Notes under the pieces: generated by a model
Told to the model about the DNA's origin: nothing
Databases searched by the model: none
The model's input: the letters and a program-made list of their open reading frames with translations, nothing else
NCBI GenBank assembly: GCA_003647065.1
Contig: QMMC01000001.1
Location: 1 to 55,170 of the forward strand
Length of the DNA stretch: 55,170 bases
DNA from: Deltaproteobacteria bacterium
Lineage (GTDB): Bacteria; Myxococcota_A; Polyangia; Polyangiales; B10-G4
Direction: 5' to 3'
Translations under genes and position numbers: made by a program
Part shown: positions 35,610 to 44,846 of the stretch, piece after piece
Numbering within the stretch: the stretch's first letter is position 1
How the letters are laid out: the number at the start of each line of letters is the position of its first letter

Positions 35610-36410
35610 TCAGCGCTTGTTCACGCGGATCTCGTACTCCTTGGCGCCGCTCGCGGCGACGACGAGGATTGTGGTGTCGTCTTCGCGGCTGAAGGTCAGG
35701 GTGAGGTTCTTGTCGAAGGGCGTCTCGAGGGTGTAGCGCCCAGACTCGGGGACCGGGTCGTCCCAGCGCCAGGCGACGGAGTCGATGCCGAGGACCCAAA
35801 GCCCCGCGTCGCCGTCCCAGGAGCGGGAGCCGTCGACGGTGAAGCCCTGGGTGATGTCGCCGCCGAGCCCCGCCTGGGTCCGGTCGCCGCTGCCGACGCC
35901 CTGGCGCCCGTCCGAGATCCGGGTCCAGGTGGTCTCGTGCACGACCCTCCGGGTGAGGTCCGCGCCGTTCCAGGTCACCATCGCCGTTCCGGTGACGCTC
36001 AGCTCGCCGTTGGTCAGCGCGTCCCAAGAGTGGGAGACGATCACCTGGCTCATCTCGTTCGCCATGATGGTGACGCTGTGGCTGCCGGCGAAGCGCTGCC
36101 CCCGGTACTCGCACATCCCGGTCACCCCGTAGGTGATCGTGAGCGTCGCGCCGGCGAGTGCGACCTCGGCGCAGGGGAGCTGGGCCTCGTAAAACGTGAC
36201 GAGTTCCCCCGCCGCCACTTCGACGGCCGCCCCGATGGTGAAGGTTGTCGTGAGCTCGATCGAGTTCGAGGTGAGGGCCGAGGCCTGGCCGCTGAGCTCG
36301 GCTTCTTCGAGGGCCTGGGCTGCCTCTTCCCGCGTCAGGGCAGTGCAGGCGATGAGGCCGAGGGCCAAGAGGGAGATGAGGGCGACGGGCGCGAGGCGGC
36401 GGAGGGGCAT
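35610..36410 (-). CDS. Lipoprotein, unknown function
   Basis: MPLRRLAPVALISLLALGLIAC lipobox. Beta-rich Thr/Gly/Trp-rich body. Confidence 0.7.
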   Translation of the reverse strand: MPLRRLAPVALISLLALGLIACTALTREEAAQALEEAELSGQASALTSNSIELTTTFTIGAAVEVAAGELVTFYEAQLPCAEVALAGATLTITYGVTGMCEYRGQRFAGSHSVTIMANEMSQVIVSHSWDALTNGELSVTGTAMVTWNGADLTRRVVHETTWTRISDGRQGVGSGDRTQAGLGGDITQGFTVDGSRSWDGDAGLWVLGIDSVAWRWDDPVPESGRYTLETPFDKNLTLTFSREDDTTILVVAASGAKEYEIRVNKR

Positions 36411-36495
36411 GGGACCATGGTACGCGCCACTAGGCCCTTCCGCGAGCAGGTCACACGGCGGAAGTTTCGCGCCAAAGGCCCGCTCGGCAGGTGCG

Positions 36496-36759
36496 TCAGA
36501 GTTCGGACAATGCGGCCCAGGGCACCGCGCTGAGCAATACCCCCAGCACCAGGACCGCGGCTGCAGCGAAGGTATAGATGGTATTGGCCACCGGCCGAGA
36601 TCGCAGCATCGTGAGCCACTCTTCGGTGAGCGGCGGGAGGGCGGCGTAGGCCGCCAGGATCACCCGGCGCATGTGCTCCCTCTCTTGGGTCGAAGGGCTG
36701 AGGGCGCTGAAGGCCCGGTTCAGCTGAAGGTCTTCTCGCGTATCGTCGTCGTTCATCAT
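36496..36759 (-). CDS. Putative anti-sigma factor (single-pass membrane protein)
   Basis: ATGA overlap with the upstream ECF sigma gene. 87 aa with a C-terminal TM segment (IYTFAAAAVLVLGVLLSAV). No zinc (HxxxCxxC) motif. The call rests on position and topology only. Confidence 0.45.
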   Translation of the reverse strand: MMNDDDTREDLQLNRAFSALSPSTQEREHMRRVILAAYAALPPLTEEWLTMLRSRPVANTIYTFAAAAVLVLGVLLSAVPWAALSEL

Positions 36760-37406
36760 GGGTCCTCCCCTGCTCTCGCTGCTTCGTCTTCATCGTTTCG
36801 GATCGTGAGCTCGGCGAGCAGGCGGCGCCGCTGTCGCTCGCATATCTTCCGCACGTTGGCAGCGCTCAGAGCGCATGCTGCCGCCACCTCGCTTGCCTCG
36901 AGGTCCGCGCCGTAGCGGAGGCTGAGGACCTCCCTGTCGCGTTTCGGGAGGGCCTCGAGGGCGCGGAGCAAGCGCCCCCGCGCCTCGGCGTCGAGCAAGG
37001 CGGATTCCGGTGTCCGTGGAGCTTCGGTCACCTCGCGCGCCGCGTCTCGCTCTCTGAGCTCTCGCCGGCGCCGCCCTCGCGCGCTTTGGTTGCGGGCGCC
37101 GTTGAGGGCGATCGTCGAGAGCCAGGCGATGAAGCGTTGGTTGTCCCGTTTCTCGTAGCCGTGGAGCGAGGCAAATGCCTTCACGAAGGCGTCCTGTACG
37201 ACATCCTCGGTTGCCGCGGCGGAGCCACAGAGGGGCCTCACGCTTCGGTAGACGCGCTCCACGTAGAACTCGTAGAGCGCGCCCATCGCCTCCGTGTCGC
37301 CTCCCCGGGAACGCAGGACGAGGGACTGGACCTCGGCCTCCGGTGGCTCCGGTGGCCCCGGGATCCGGTCCGGCCGGCCCACCAGGATGGCGAAGAGCAG
37401 GTACAT
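36756..37406 (-). CDS. ECF RNA polymerase sigma factor
   Basis: Region 2 is EDVVQDAFVKAFASLHGYEKRDNQRFIAWLSTIALNGARN. Region 4 is LPKRDREVLSLRYGADLEASEVAAACALSAANVRKICER. The N-terminal 25 aa look atypical, so the start is uncertain. Confidence 0.88.
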   Translation of the reverse strand: MYLLFAILVGRPDRIPGPPEPPEAEVQSLVLRSRGGDTEAMGALYEFYVERVYRSVRPLCGSAAATEDVVQDAFVKAFASLHGYEKRDNQRFIAWLSTIALNGARNQSARGRRRRELRERDAAREVTEAPRTPESALLDAEARGRLLRALEALPKRDREVLSLRYGADLEASEVAAACALSAANVRKICERQRRRLLAELTIRNDEDEAARAGEDP

Positions 37407-37407
37407 C

Positions 37408-38220
37408 TCAGCCTCGAGCCCCCAAGAAACCGAGAGTCCAAACCGAAGAGCGGAAGGTTCCAGTAGCGCCCTGGACCAGGATCACGACGGGGACGACGAG
37501 GAGGGCGCCGACCATGACGCTCGGTGCGAGTCCAAATGCGAAGTACGCACCGAGGCCGAGGGCCGCGCCCGGGAGGGCGCCTACGGAGGTGACGAGGCCA
37601 CCGCCGAGCTGCCCCGCGAAGGAGAGGAGCGTCAGCCGGACCGAGTCCCCGAGGCGACCGTGGAGAAGACGCCGTGCCGCGCGAATCGCGTCCCGGGCGC
37701 CAAAGCCTTCGAGGACGGCGAAGCGGAGCGCGTATTCGTAGAGGAAGTAGAGCGTCAAGGCCCCGGGGATGCCCACGACGACGAGAGGGAGCGCGACCAG
37801 GATCGCCGGGACCATGGGCACGACCTCGAAGGCGCCGAGGGCGATCGGCGCGGCGACGACGACGCCTGCGCCGGCGAAGCCGGCGGCGAGGAGCACCTTC
37901 AGGACGAATACGGTGAGGAAGTGGCGTCCGCCCACCCGGAACCCCTCGGCGATGCTGAGGCTCTCGCCGTCCTGGTCCCTCTGCACGCCGCGGATGAGCG
38001 CGGCTTCGGAGAGCACATTCATGATGAGGACGGCGAGGCCCAGGACGCTGAAGGCGATGAGGAGGGGCAGGAGCCACTGGGGCAGGGGGCCATGGGCGCT
38101 CGAGCCCGCTCCGTCGGCGGTTGCGCCCCCCGCGGCGGCGATGAAGAAGCCGAAGAACCAGAGGTGCTTCCGGGCCCAGAGTGTCCGGAGAGAGCGCTTG
38201 CCGATGTGGGTGATGTCCAT
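37408..38220 (-). CDS. Polytopic membrane protein, unknown function
   Basis: About 6 hydrophobic segments and coding-like GC3. The stop is 1 nt before the sigma-factor ATG. Confidence 0.65.
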   Translation of the reverse strand: MDITHIGKRSLRTLWARKHLWFFGFFIAAAGGATADGAGSSAHGPLPQWLLPLLIAFSVLGLAVLIMNVLSEAALIRGVQRDQDGESLSIAEGFRVGGRHFLTVFVLKVLLAAGFAGAGVVVAAPIALGAFEVVPMVPAILVALPLVVVGIPGALTLYFLYEYALRFAVLEGFGARDAIRAARRLLHGRLGDSVRLTLLSFAGQLGGGLVTSVGALPGAALGLGAYFAFGLAPSVMVGALLVVPVVILVQGATGTFRSSVWTLGFLGARG

Positions 38221-38320
38221 GAAGAAGTCCCTTTCTACCGGGAGAACCCACGAACCCCGAGCCGCGTGACAGGGCGGACGCTCTTTTTTAGGCAGCCCGA
38301 GGCGCCGTCACCAGGGTGCC

Positions 38321-41300
38321 TCACCCCGCTTCGAGGATGAGACCGCGGTGGTCGGCGGTGAAGCCCTGCTCTCGGAACCGCGCGGCGTGGGGCGAGGTGC
38401 GCGCCGGGGCGCCGTCGATTTCCTCGATGCGGAGGAGCTTGCCCCGGCGGCGGCGGGCGACCTCGCGGAGGGCATGGACGGCGCGGCCGAGCCCGTCCTC
38501 GTGGTTCGCGAAAGTGCGCAGCTTCTGGCCGCTGCGGTTCAGGTAGAGCACCGGCGTGCCGTCCACGAGGACCACCGTCGCCCCCGCGACTCGTCGCGGT
38601 TTGTGGTCGGGGTTTTCCGTGGGAGCGGGCCACGGAAGGAGCCATCCGTAGGGGTTCGCCGGGTCGACGGCGGAGAGCACGGTGACCTTCGCGTCGACGC
38701 CCGTGTCCCGAGCGCGGCGCAAGCGATCGACCGCACCGGGGAGGGCGAACTGGGCGCCGCCGAGGCCTTCGACGAAGTAGCCGCGGCGCACCTTGCCCGC
38801 CTCTTCGAGGGCCCGGAAGATCTGATAGGTGGTGCGAAATCCGCCCGGCGTGCCTTCGAGGGCGGTGACCTCACGGCTCACGATGCCATGGCGCCCGAGG
38901 AGGCTCATGGCACGGGCGTGGGCCCGCTCCGTCTCGGTCGGGGCGTCGACGAGCAGTCCTTCCACGAGGGACCAGCGGCCCCCGGCCGGGCGGAGCGACG
39001 CGCGTCGTCCCCGGGAGGGGCGCTTGGTGCGCCGCGCGGAGAGCGTGCGTAGGGCGGCGAAGGTGTCGTTGGTGACGAGGCCGGCCCAGACCAAATCCCA
39101 CAGTGCTTCGAGGGCGTCCCTCGTGGTGGGCGCCGCAGCGGCGACTTCGAGCTCGTTGAAGAACGACGCGCCGCGGGTGCGCAGATGTTCGAGGATGCGG
39201 CGGTGAGACTCCTCGAGGTCTTGGAGTTCGTCGGGATCCGTTGGCCGTTCCGCGAGGCGCGCTACCTCGGAGCGTCGGTAGAACGCCACGCGACCATCCT
39301 CGGGTCCGAGGCTGCCGCGGCCGATGAAAGTCAGCCAGCCCTCGGCACCGAGGTCGTCGAGCATCCGGGGTTGGAAGCCCCGGACCCGCGCGGGAAGAAT
39401 CACCTCTTCGAGTTCGCGAAACGAAAGCGGCAGCCCTTCGAGCTGAACCAGGGCCTCTTCGAGGCGCCCGTCGCCGATGCTGGCTTCGCCGATGCCGTGC
39501 CATTGCGGCAGGAAGCGCGCGAGGGCCGCCGGGGGGATTGGCGCGACCTCGTTGCGTAGCTTGGCGAGGGTCCGGCGTTTGATGCGCCGGAGCACCTCCG
39601 GGTCGCACCACTCGGGGTCGTGACCTCCGGGGCGAAAGTCGCCGCGGATGAGCTCTTCTCGGACTTCGAGGCTGCGGAGCAGAGCGTCGACCTGCCCCTC
39701 CGGGATACGATAGCGGCGCGAGAGATCATGCGTTCGGAAGGGGCCGTGCTTGTGGGCCCAGCGCCGGAGCAGCTGCTCCATCGGCTCGGCCGGTGGCTCG
39801 AGGAAGGCCTCGGGTAGCCCCGGCGGCAGCTCGACACCGAGGGCGTCGCGGTAGAGGGCCGCATCCTCGACGGCGATCCACCGCTCTTCGTCGCCGATGT
39901 GCACGGGGATGGCGCGACGCGCCTGGTGCAGCGCCCGGAGCCAAGGCACGGCTTCGCCGTCGGTGCGCGCCGCGACTTCGGCCACCGAGAGATCGCCGAG
40001 GCTGCGCAGCGTGTCGTGCACGGCATCGACGTTGCGCGCCCGGCGCTCGTCGGTGAGCAGGCCGAGCTCTTCTTCGAGGCGGCCGATGACCTCCGCGTCG
40101 AGGAGCTCCCGGAGCTCTTCCTGGCCGAGCAGCTCGCGGAGCATCTCCCGGTCGAGGGAGAGCGCTTGGGCTCGGCGCTCGGCGAGGGGCGCGTCACCCT
40201 CGTAGAGGTAGGTGGCGACGTAGGCGAATACCAGGGACCGGGCGAAGGGTGACGCGCACCGGGTCTCGACCTGGTCGACGCGAATAGAGCGTTCTTCGAT
40301 GCCTTGGAGGACGCTCGTGAGCGCCGGGACGTCGAAGACGTCTTTCAAGCACGACCGGTAGGTCTCCATGACGATCGGAAAGGCGGGATAGCTCTTGGCG
40401 ACCGCGAGCAGCTTCGCGCTGCGCAGGCGCTGGGCCCAGAGCGGCGTGCGCGCTCCGGGCTTGCGGCGCGGCAGCAGCAGGGCCCGGGCGGCGTTCTCTC
40501 GGAACTGGCTGGCGAAGAGGGAGCTCTCGCCGAGCTGCTGGTAGAGCAACTCCTCGACCTCGTCCGGGTGGGGGATGAGGGCTTCGAGGACCGAGGTCGT
40601 GCCGCTCTCCTCGCCGCCGCTGAGGGTGAGCACGATGCCGTCGTCGCTCCACATCGTCTGCACGGAGAAGCCGGCGCCCTTGCCGAGGCGCGCCTCGATA
40701 GAGAGGGCCCAGGGGGCGTGTACGCGCGCCCCGAAGGGCGTGAGGATGCAGACCCGGGTGTCCCCGAGCTCGTCGCGGAAGCGCTCGATGGTGATGCGGC
40801 GATCCGTTGGCAGCGTCCCTGTCGCCTCGTATTGCTCGTCGAGATAGGCGAGCAGGTTCTTCGCTGCCAGGGGACCCAGGCGGTGCTGTTCTTTGAGGCG
40901 AGAGAGCGCCTCGTCCCGCGGCAGGGCCATGGACTCGCGAACAAAAGCGCCTATCGCCCGGCCGAGCTCGATGGGCCGGCCGGGTCCTTCGCCGTGCCAG
41001 AAGGGCAGTTTGCCCGGCTCCCCCGGGGCGGGGCTCACGACCACCCGGTCTCGGGTGATCTCTTCGACCCGCCAGGTGCTCGCCCCGAGCATGAAGGTCT
41101 GGCCGGCGGTGGTCTCGTGCACCATCTCTTCGTCGAGCTCGCCGATGCGCGGACCGTCGGGGCCGAGATGCACGGCGTAGAGGCCGCGGTCGGGGATGGT
41201 ACCGCCGTTGACGAGAGACATCGCCTTGCTGCCCCGGCGCGCGGTCAAGACGTCGGACTCGCGGTCCCAGAGGACTCGCGGGCGCAGGTCCGCGAAATCG

Positions 41301-42724
41301 GTCGAGGGATAGCGGCCGCTGAGCATGTCGAGGACGCCGACGAACGCGCTCTCGGGGACACGCCGGAAGTTGTGGGTGCGCTGAATGACTCGCCGCAGAT
41401 CGGCGCGGCGCCAGCTCGTCACCGAGGTCATCGCGACGATCTGCTGCGCCAATACGTCCAGCGGGTTTTCGGGGACGGACAAGGGCTCGATGTCGCCTTC
41501 GAGCATGAGGCGCGTGACCACGGCCGCTTCGAGCAGGTCGCTCCGGTGTTTCGGGAAGATGCGACCGATGCTGACCTCTCCAACGCCGTGGCCCGCCCGG
41601 CCCGCGCGCTGGAGGCCTCGGGCGACAGCCCCCGGTGACTCGACCATCACCACGAGGTCCACCGTGCCCATGTCGATGCCGAGCTCGAGGGAGCTGGTCG
41701 CGACGATGGCCCGGACGCGGCCCGTTTTGAGGTGCTCTTCGATCTCTCGGCGCTTGCCGTGGGCGAGGCTGCCGTGGTGCCCGAGGACGAAGGGCATGGC
41801 GATGCCCTCGGCGTCCTCATCGTTTTGGGCGAGCTCGTTGAGGCGTTGGGAAAGACGCTCGGCGAGGCCACGGCTGTTGACGAAGATGATCGTCGTCCGA
41901 TGGGCGCGGATGAGGCGCATCAGCTCCGGGTAGATCACCGGCCACATGCCGCGCTGGACCTTTGCCTCACCCTCGGCGGGGCTCGGCGTCCCTGCCTCGG
42001 GCCGGGTCATGTCGTCGACGGGGACGACGACCTCGATGTCGATGTGCGGAGGTTCGCTCGTATCGACGATGGTCACCGGCCGATCGCCGCCGAGGAAGGA
42101 CGCTACCTCGTTCGTCGGCCGCGCCGTCGCCGACAGGCCGATGCGCTGGGGGTCGGTGTGGGCCCAGGCCGAGAGTCGTTCGAGGGAGAGCGCGAGATGA
42201 GCACCGCGCTTCGTGGGAGCGAGGGCGTGGACCTCGTCGACGATGACGTGTTCGACGGTGCGGAGGACCTCCCGGGCCTTCGAGCCGAGAATCAAGTAGA
42301 GCGACTCCGGCGTGGTCACCAGGATCTCGCCTGGATGCTTCGCCTGACGACGCCTATCCCGGGGGCTCGTATCGCCGGTGCGCACGTCGATGCGGGGGGG
42401 GCGGTAAGCGACGCCGAGCTCTTCGGCGGCGGCCTCGATACCGGCCAGGGGCGCCCTCAGATTGCGCTCGATGTCGTAGACGAGCGCCTTGAGGGGCGAG
42501 ACGTAGAGCACCCGGATCCCAGGTGCGGCGTCTTCAGGCAGGGAACCCAGGCGGTCTAGACTGAAGAGAAAGGCGGCGAGGGTTTTCCCGCTCCCCGTCG
42601 GAGCCGTCAGCAGCGCGTGTTCCCCGGCCTCGATGACCCGGAAGCCTTCGCGCTGCACCGCCGTGGGCCCGCTGAAGGTCCCTTCGAACCACTTGCGAGT
42701 TGCTGGGCCAAAGACGTGCATCAC
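38321..42724 (-). CDS. lhr: Lhr-type (large helicase-related) superfamily-2 DNA helicase, long form
   Basis: Motif I is APTGSGKT and motif II is DEVH (VIVDEVHALAP). HHGSLAHGKR and ATSSLELGIDMG are present, as is a DEAD-associated/Lhr winged-helix region. 1467 aa with a long C-terminal extension. Confidence 0.93.
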   Translation of the reverse strand: MMHVFGPATRKWFEGTFSGPTAVQREGFRVIEAGEHALLTAPTGSGKTLAAFLFSLDRLGSLPEDAAPGIRVLYVSPLKALVYDIERNLRAPLAGIEAAAEELGVAYRPPRIDVRTGDTSPRDRRRQAKHPGEILVTTPESLYLILGSKAREVLRTVEHVIVDEVHALAPTKRGAHLALSLERLSAWAHTDPQRIGLSATARPTNEVASFLGGDRPVTIVDTSEPPHIDIEVVVPVDDMTRPEAGTPSPAEGEAKVQRGMWPVIYPELMRLIRAHRTTIIFVNSRGLAERLSQRLNELAQNDEDAEGIAMPFVLGHHGSLAHGKRREIEEHLKTGRVRAIVATSSLELGIDMGTVDLVVMVESPGAVARGLQRAGRAGHGVGEVSIGRIFPKHRSDLLEAAVVTRLMLEGDIEPLSVPENPLDVLAQQIVAMTSVTSWRRADLRRVIQRTHNFRRVPESAFVGVLDMLSGRYPSTDFADLRPRVLWDRESDVLTARRGSKAMSLVNGGTIPDRGLYAVHLGPDGPRIGELDEEMVHETTAGQTFMLGASTWRVEEITRDRVVVSPAPGEPGKLPFWHGEGPGRPIELGRAIGAFVRESMALPRDEALSRLKEQHRLGPLAAKNLLAYLDEQYEATGTLPTDRRITIERFRDELGDTRVCILTPFGARVHAPWALSIEARLGKGAGFSVQTMWSDDGIVLTLSGGEESGTTSVLEALIPHPDEVEELLYQQLGESSLFASQFRENAARALLLPRRKPGARTPLWAQRLRSAKLLAVAKSYPAFPIVMETYRSCLKDVFDVPALTSVLQGIEERSIRVDQVETRCASPFARSLVFAYVATYLYEGDAPLAERRAQALSLDREMLRELLGQEELRELLDAEVIGRLEEELGLLTDERRARNVDAVHDTLRSLGDLSVAEVAARTDGEAVPWLRALHQARRAIPVHIGDEERWIAVEDAALYRDALGVELPPGLPEAFLEPPAEPMEQLLRRWAHKHGPFRTHDLSRRYRIPEGQVDALLRSLEVREELIRGDFRPGGHDPEWCDPEVLRRIKRRTLAKLRNEVAPIPPAALARFLPQWHGIGEASIGDGRLEEALVQLEGLPLSFRELEEVILPARVRGFQPRMLDDLGAEGWLTFIGRGSLGPEDGRVAFYRRSEVARLAERPTDPDELQDLEESHRRILEHLRTRGASFFNELEVAAAAPTTRDALEALWDLVWAGLVTNDTFAALRTLSARRTKRPSRGRRASLRPAGGRWSLVEGLLVDAPTETERAHARAMSLLGRHGIVSREVTALEGTPGGFRTTYQIFRALEEAGKVRRGYFVEGLGGAQFALPGAVDRLRRARDTGVDAKVTVLSAVDPANPYGWLLPWPAPTENPDHKPRRVAGATVVLVDGTPVLYLNRSGQKLRTFANHEDGLGRAVHALREVARRRRGKLLRIEEIDGAPARTSPHAARFREQGFTADHRGLILEAG

Positions 42725-42815
42725 CGCAGCGTGGGCTGGCGGCCCCGGCTCGTAAAGGGCGCTCCTGAGTCTCCCTTCTGACTCCTGCCACCCTTATGTC
42801 AGGGGCAAAAAAGGG

Positions 42816-43622
42816 TCAGAGGCCGGGCTCGTCGGGGCTATCGTCTTCCAAAGTCAGGACCACCCTGTGGGGGTCGCCCATCGGCCGATTCGTGCAGCTG
42901 TCGTACCGGTAGTGATTGTACTGATGCGTCAGTGTCGAGAGCGTTCGCAACGGGATCACGCTAAATGCAGCCGCCACGGTGAGGCACGCCACCGCGGCCC
43001 AGCGCCGAGTCCGAAGAATGAGCGTCTGCTGGGTTCCATGGAGGATCCGGTACCTCGTGCCGTCGCCGTCATCCCGATAGCCGCCGGGTTGATGACGGCG
43101 GGCACGCCAGGCGACGACTTCGCCGGCCACCGGTCCGGGGGCGAGAGTGCGGCCATGCCCGCCGCTCGCGAAATCCAGGTTTCCGGATCCGTCGCTCGTT
43201 CCCTCTCGGCCCCGCATGATTCGGCGGCTGACAACCCAGGAGGCGCAGAGCAGAGTGGTGAGCGAAACGATCAGGCACGAGATGGAGGGGTCGCCTGGTT
43301 GGGGCAAGCAAAGTAGGAGGAGAACCGCGATTCCCGCGAGACCGAGAACGCCCCTCGCAAACCAGGGGTAGTGCCAAAAAAGGACCGCCCCAAGCGCGGC
43401 GATCGCGCCTGCGATGACGATGATGAAAAGGGGCGAAGGCCAGAACGTGATGACGACCAACGCGGCGACCGAGAAGAGCGCCGCCGCGACCGCTGTCTTC
43501 GGAGGATCCGCGTTCCCTGGGTGCTGCATGTCCCGCATATACGCAAGATGTGTACCGGCGTCGTGGGGTCGTTTCTGTGGATTGTGCGTCGAGGCGATGG
43601 GCGCGAGAGAGCTCTCAGGCAA
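42816..43622 (-). CDS. Orphan membrane protein, unknown function (start uncertain: 43622, 43538 or 43529)
   Basis: There are 4 N-terminal TM segments plus one C-terminal TM. It is the only long ORF here not antisense to a recognised gene. G+C is lower than in neighbours; two hand-counted 60-nt lines gave 55% and 60%. Confidence 0.5.
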   Translation of the reverse strand: MPESSLAPIASTHNPQKRPHDAGTHLAYMRDMQHPGNADPPKTAVAAALFSVAALVVITFWPSPLFIIVIAGAIAALGAVLFWHYPWFARGVLGLAGIAVLLLLCLPQPGDPSISCLIVSLTTLLCASWVVSRRIMRGREGTSDGSGNLDFASGGHGRTLAPGPVAGEVVAWRARRHQPGGYRDDGDGTRYRILHGTQQTLILRTRRWAAVACLTVAAAFSVIPLRTLSTLTHQYNHYRYDSCTNRPMGDPHRVVLTLEDDSPDEPGL

Positions 43623-43664
43623 GTCTTGCGCTACGGATGACCTTCCGCGACCGTGAATCGCGCA

Positions 43665-44846
43665 CTAGCGAAGGGTGCGCCCCGACGTCGCCTCTGCCGA
43701 AGCCACGTCGAGAGCAGCGAGGAATCTCTCGCTCGAATGCTCCTTCGCGACGAACACTCGCCCGCGTTCCGTGACTTCGGCTACGGCACGCGGCGACGAG
43801 AGGGCGAGGCTGATGGCCGCCGCGAGGGCCCGGGCGTCGTCGTCGGCGACGAGGAGGGCGGCGTCGCCGAGGGGCAAGCCGGCAGCGGCCCGGCGCGGGG
43901 CGGCGACGGGGAGGCCCCGGGCGAGGGCGTCGAGGAGCTTGATGGGCAGGCCGCCCGGGGCGCGGCGGGGGACCACGGCGACGTCGGCGGCGGCGTAGAG
44001 ATGGCGGCGGCTCGTTTCGTCTCGCGGGAGTTCGGTCGTGATGACCATCGCGCCGGCTTCGAGTTCGAGGGCCTCGGTGTCCGATGCGGTGGCGACGACG
44101 AGCTTGGCTTGGGGGCGTACGGCGGCCACTCGCTCCGCGGCGCCGAGGGCGACTTCGACGCCCTGGTAGCGGTCGAGGTTGCCCGCGTAGAGGATCACTT
44201 CGTCGTCTTCTGAGAGCCCGAGGTCCTGGCGCCCCTGGCGTCGCTCCTCGCGGGTCATCGGCGCAGGGACCGACCAGGGCGGCGGCACGTAGGTGACGGC
44301 GCGGTGAGCGAGGTCCTCGAGGGCATCTCGCAAGTTCGGCGAAATCGCCGCGACGGCGTCCGCTCGGCGGCAGAGCTCGCGGTCGAGGGTGTGCCCCGCG
44401 AACTGCACCAGGGGGCCGAGCTTGCCGCCTCCTCGGGGCAGATAGGTCGGCAGCTCGGGGCCGAGGGCGGTGTGGGCGAAGAAGACGAAGGGCCGCGTAT
44501 TGGCGGCGAGGCAAGTGGCGGCGGCCTCGACGTGGTGGGCGACGATGACCTCGGGGCGCAGACGCTGATTCAGTGAGCGCAGCCTCACGGCAAGGGCCGC
44601 GTCGCTGGCGAGTTTTCGCACCGAGGGGCCCGAGCGCTGCCCGGGGGAGCCCGGGACTCGGCCCCCAGCGTGCCAGCTGTAGCTCGGCGCGATGGGCCCC
44701 GCGCCGTCACCGTAGGTGAGCAGGTGCGCATCGCGCCCATCTTCGGCGAGGGCCCGCATCATGGCGTGGAGGACCGCCTGGGTGCCTTGGGGCGTCGGGA
44801 ACGGCATCGCCGCGACGTGCAGCTGCGCCTGTCGTTCGAGATTCAT
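43665..44846 (-). CDS. GT4-family (GT-B fold, group 1) glycosyltransferase
   Basis: The N-terminal sugar-acceptor domain is HVAAMPFPTPQGTQA. The C-terminal segment VVPRRAPGGLPIKLLDALARGLPVAA matches the EX7E-region pattern of group-1 GTs. Confidence 0.85.
   Translation of the reverse strand: MNLERQAQLHVAAMPFPTPQGTQAVLHAMMRALAEDGRDAHLLTYGDGAGPIAPSYSWHAGGRVPGSPGQRSGPSVRKLASDAALAVRLRSLNQRLRPEVIVAHHVEAAATCLAANTRPFVFFAHTALGPELPTYLPRGGGKLGPLVQFAGHTLDRELCRRADAVAAISPNLRDALEDLAHRAVTYVPPPWSVPAPMTREERRQGRQDLGLSEDDEVILYAGNLDRYQGVEVALGAAERVAAVRPQAKLVVATASDTEALELEAGAMVITTELPRDETSRRHLYAAADVAVVPRRAPGGLPIKLLDALARGLPVAAPRRAAAGLPLGDAALLVADDDARALAAAISLALSSPRAVAEVTERGRVFVAKEHSSERFLAALDVASAEATSGRTLR

Noticed and set aside
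37238-38340. 337-aa (-) and 348-aa (+) ORFs overlapping the 37408-38220 membrane-protein gene
   Set aside because: Their translations are Arg/Pro/Gly-rich or Glu/Asp/Gly-rich low complexity. The chosen frame gives coherent TM helices and is contiguous with the sigma operon.
38348-42559. Multiple plus-strand ORFs (234-444 aa) inside the Lhr region
   Set aside because: All are antisense to a helicase gene with complete SF2 motifs.
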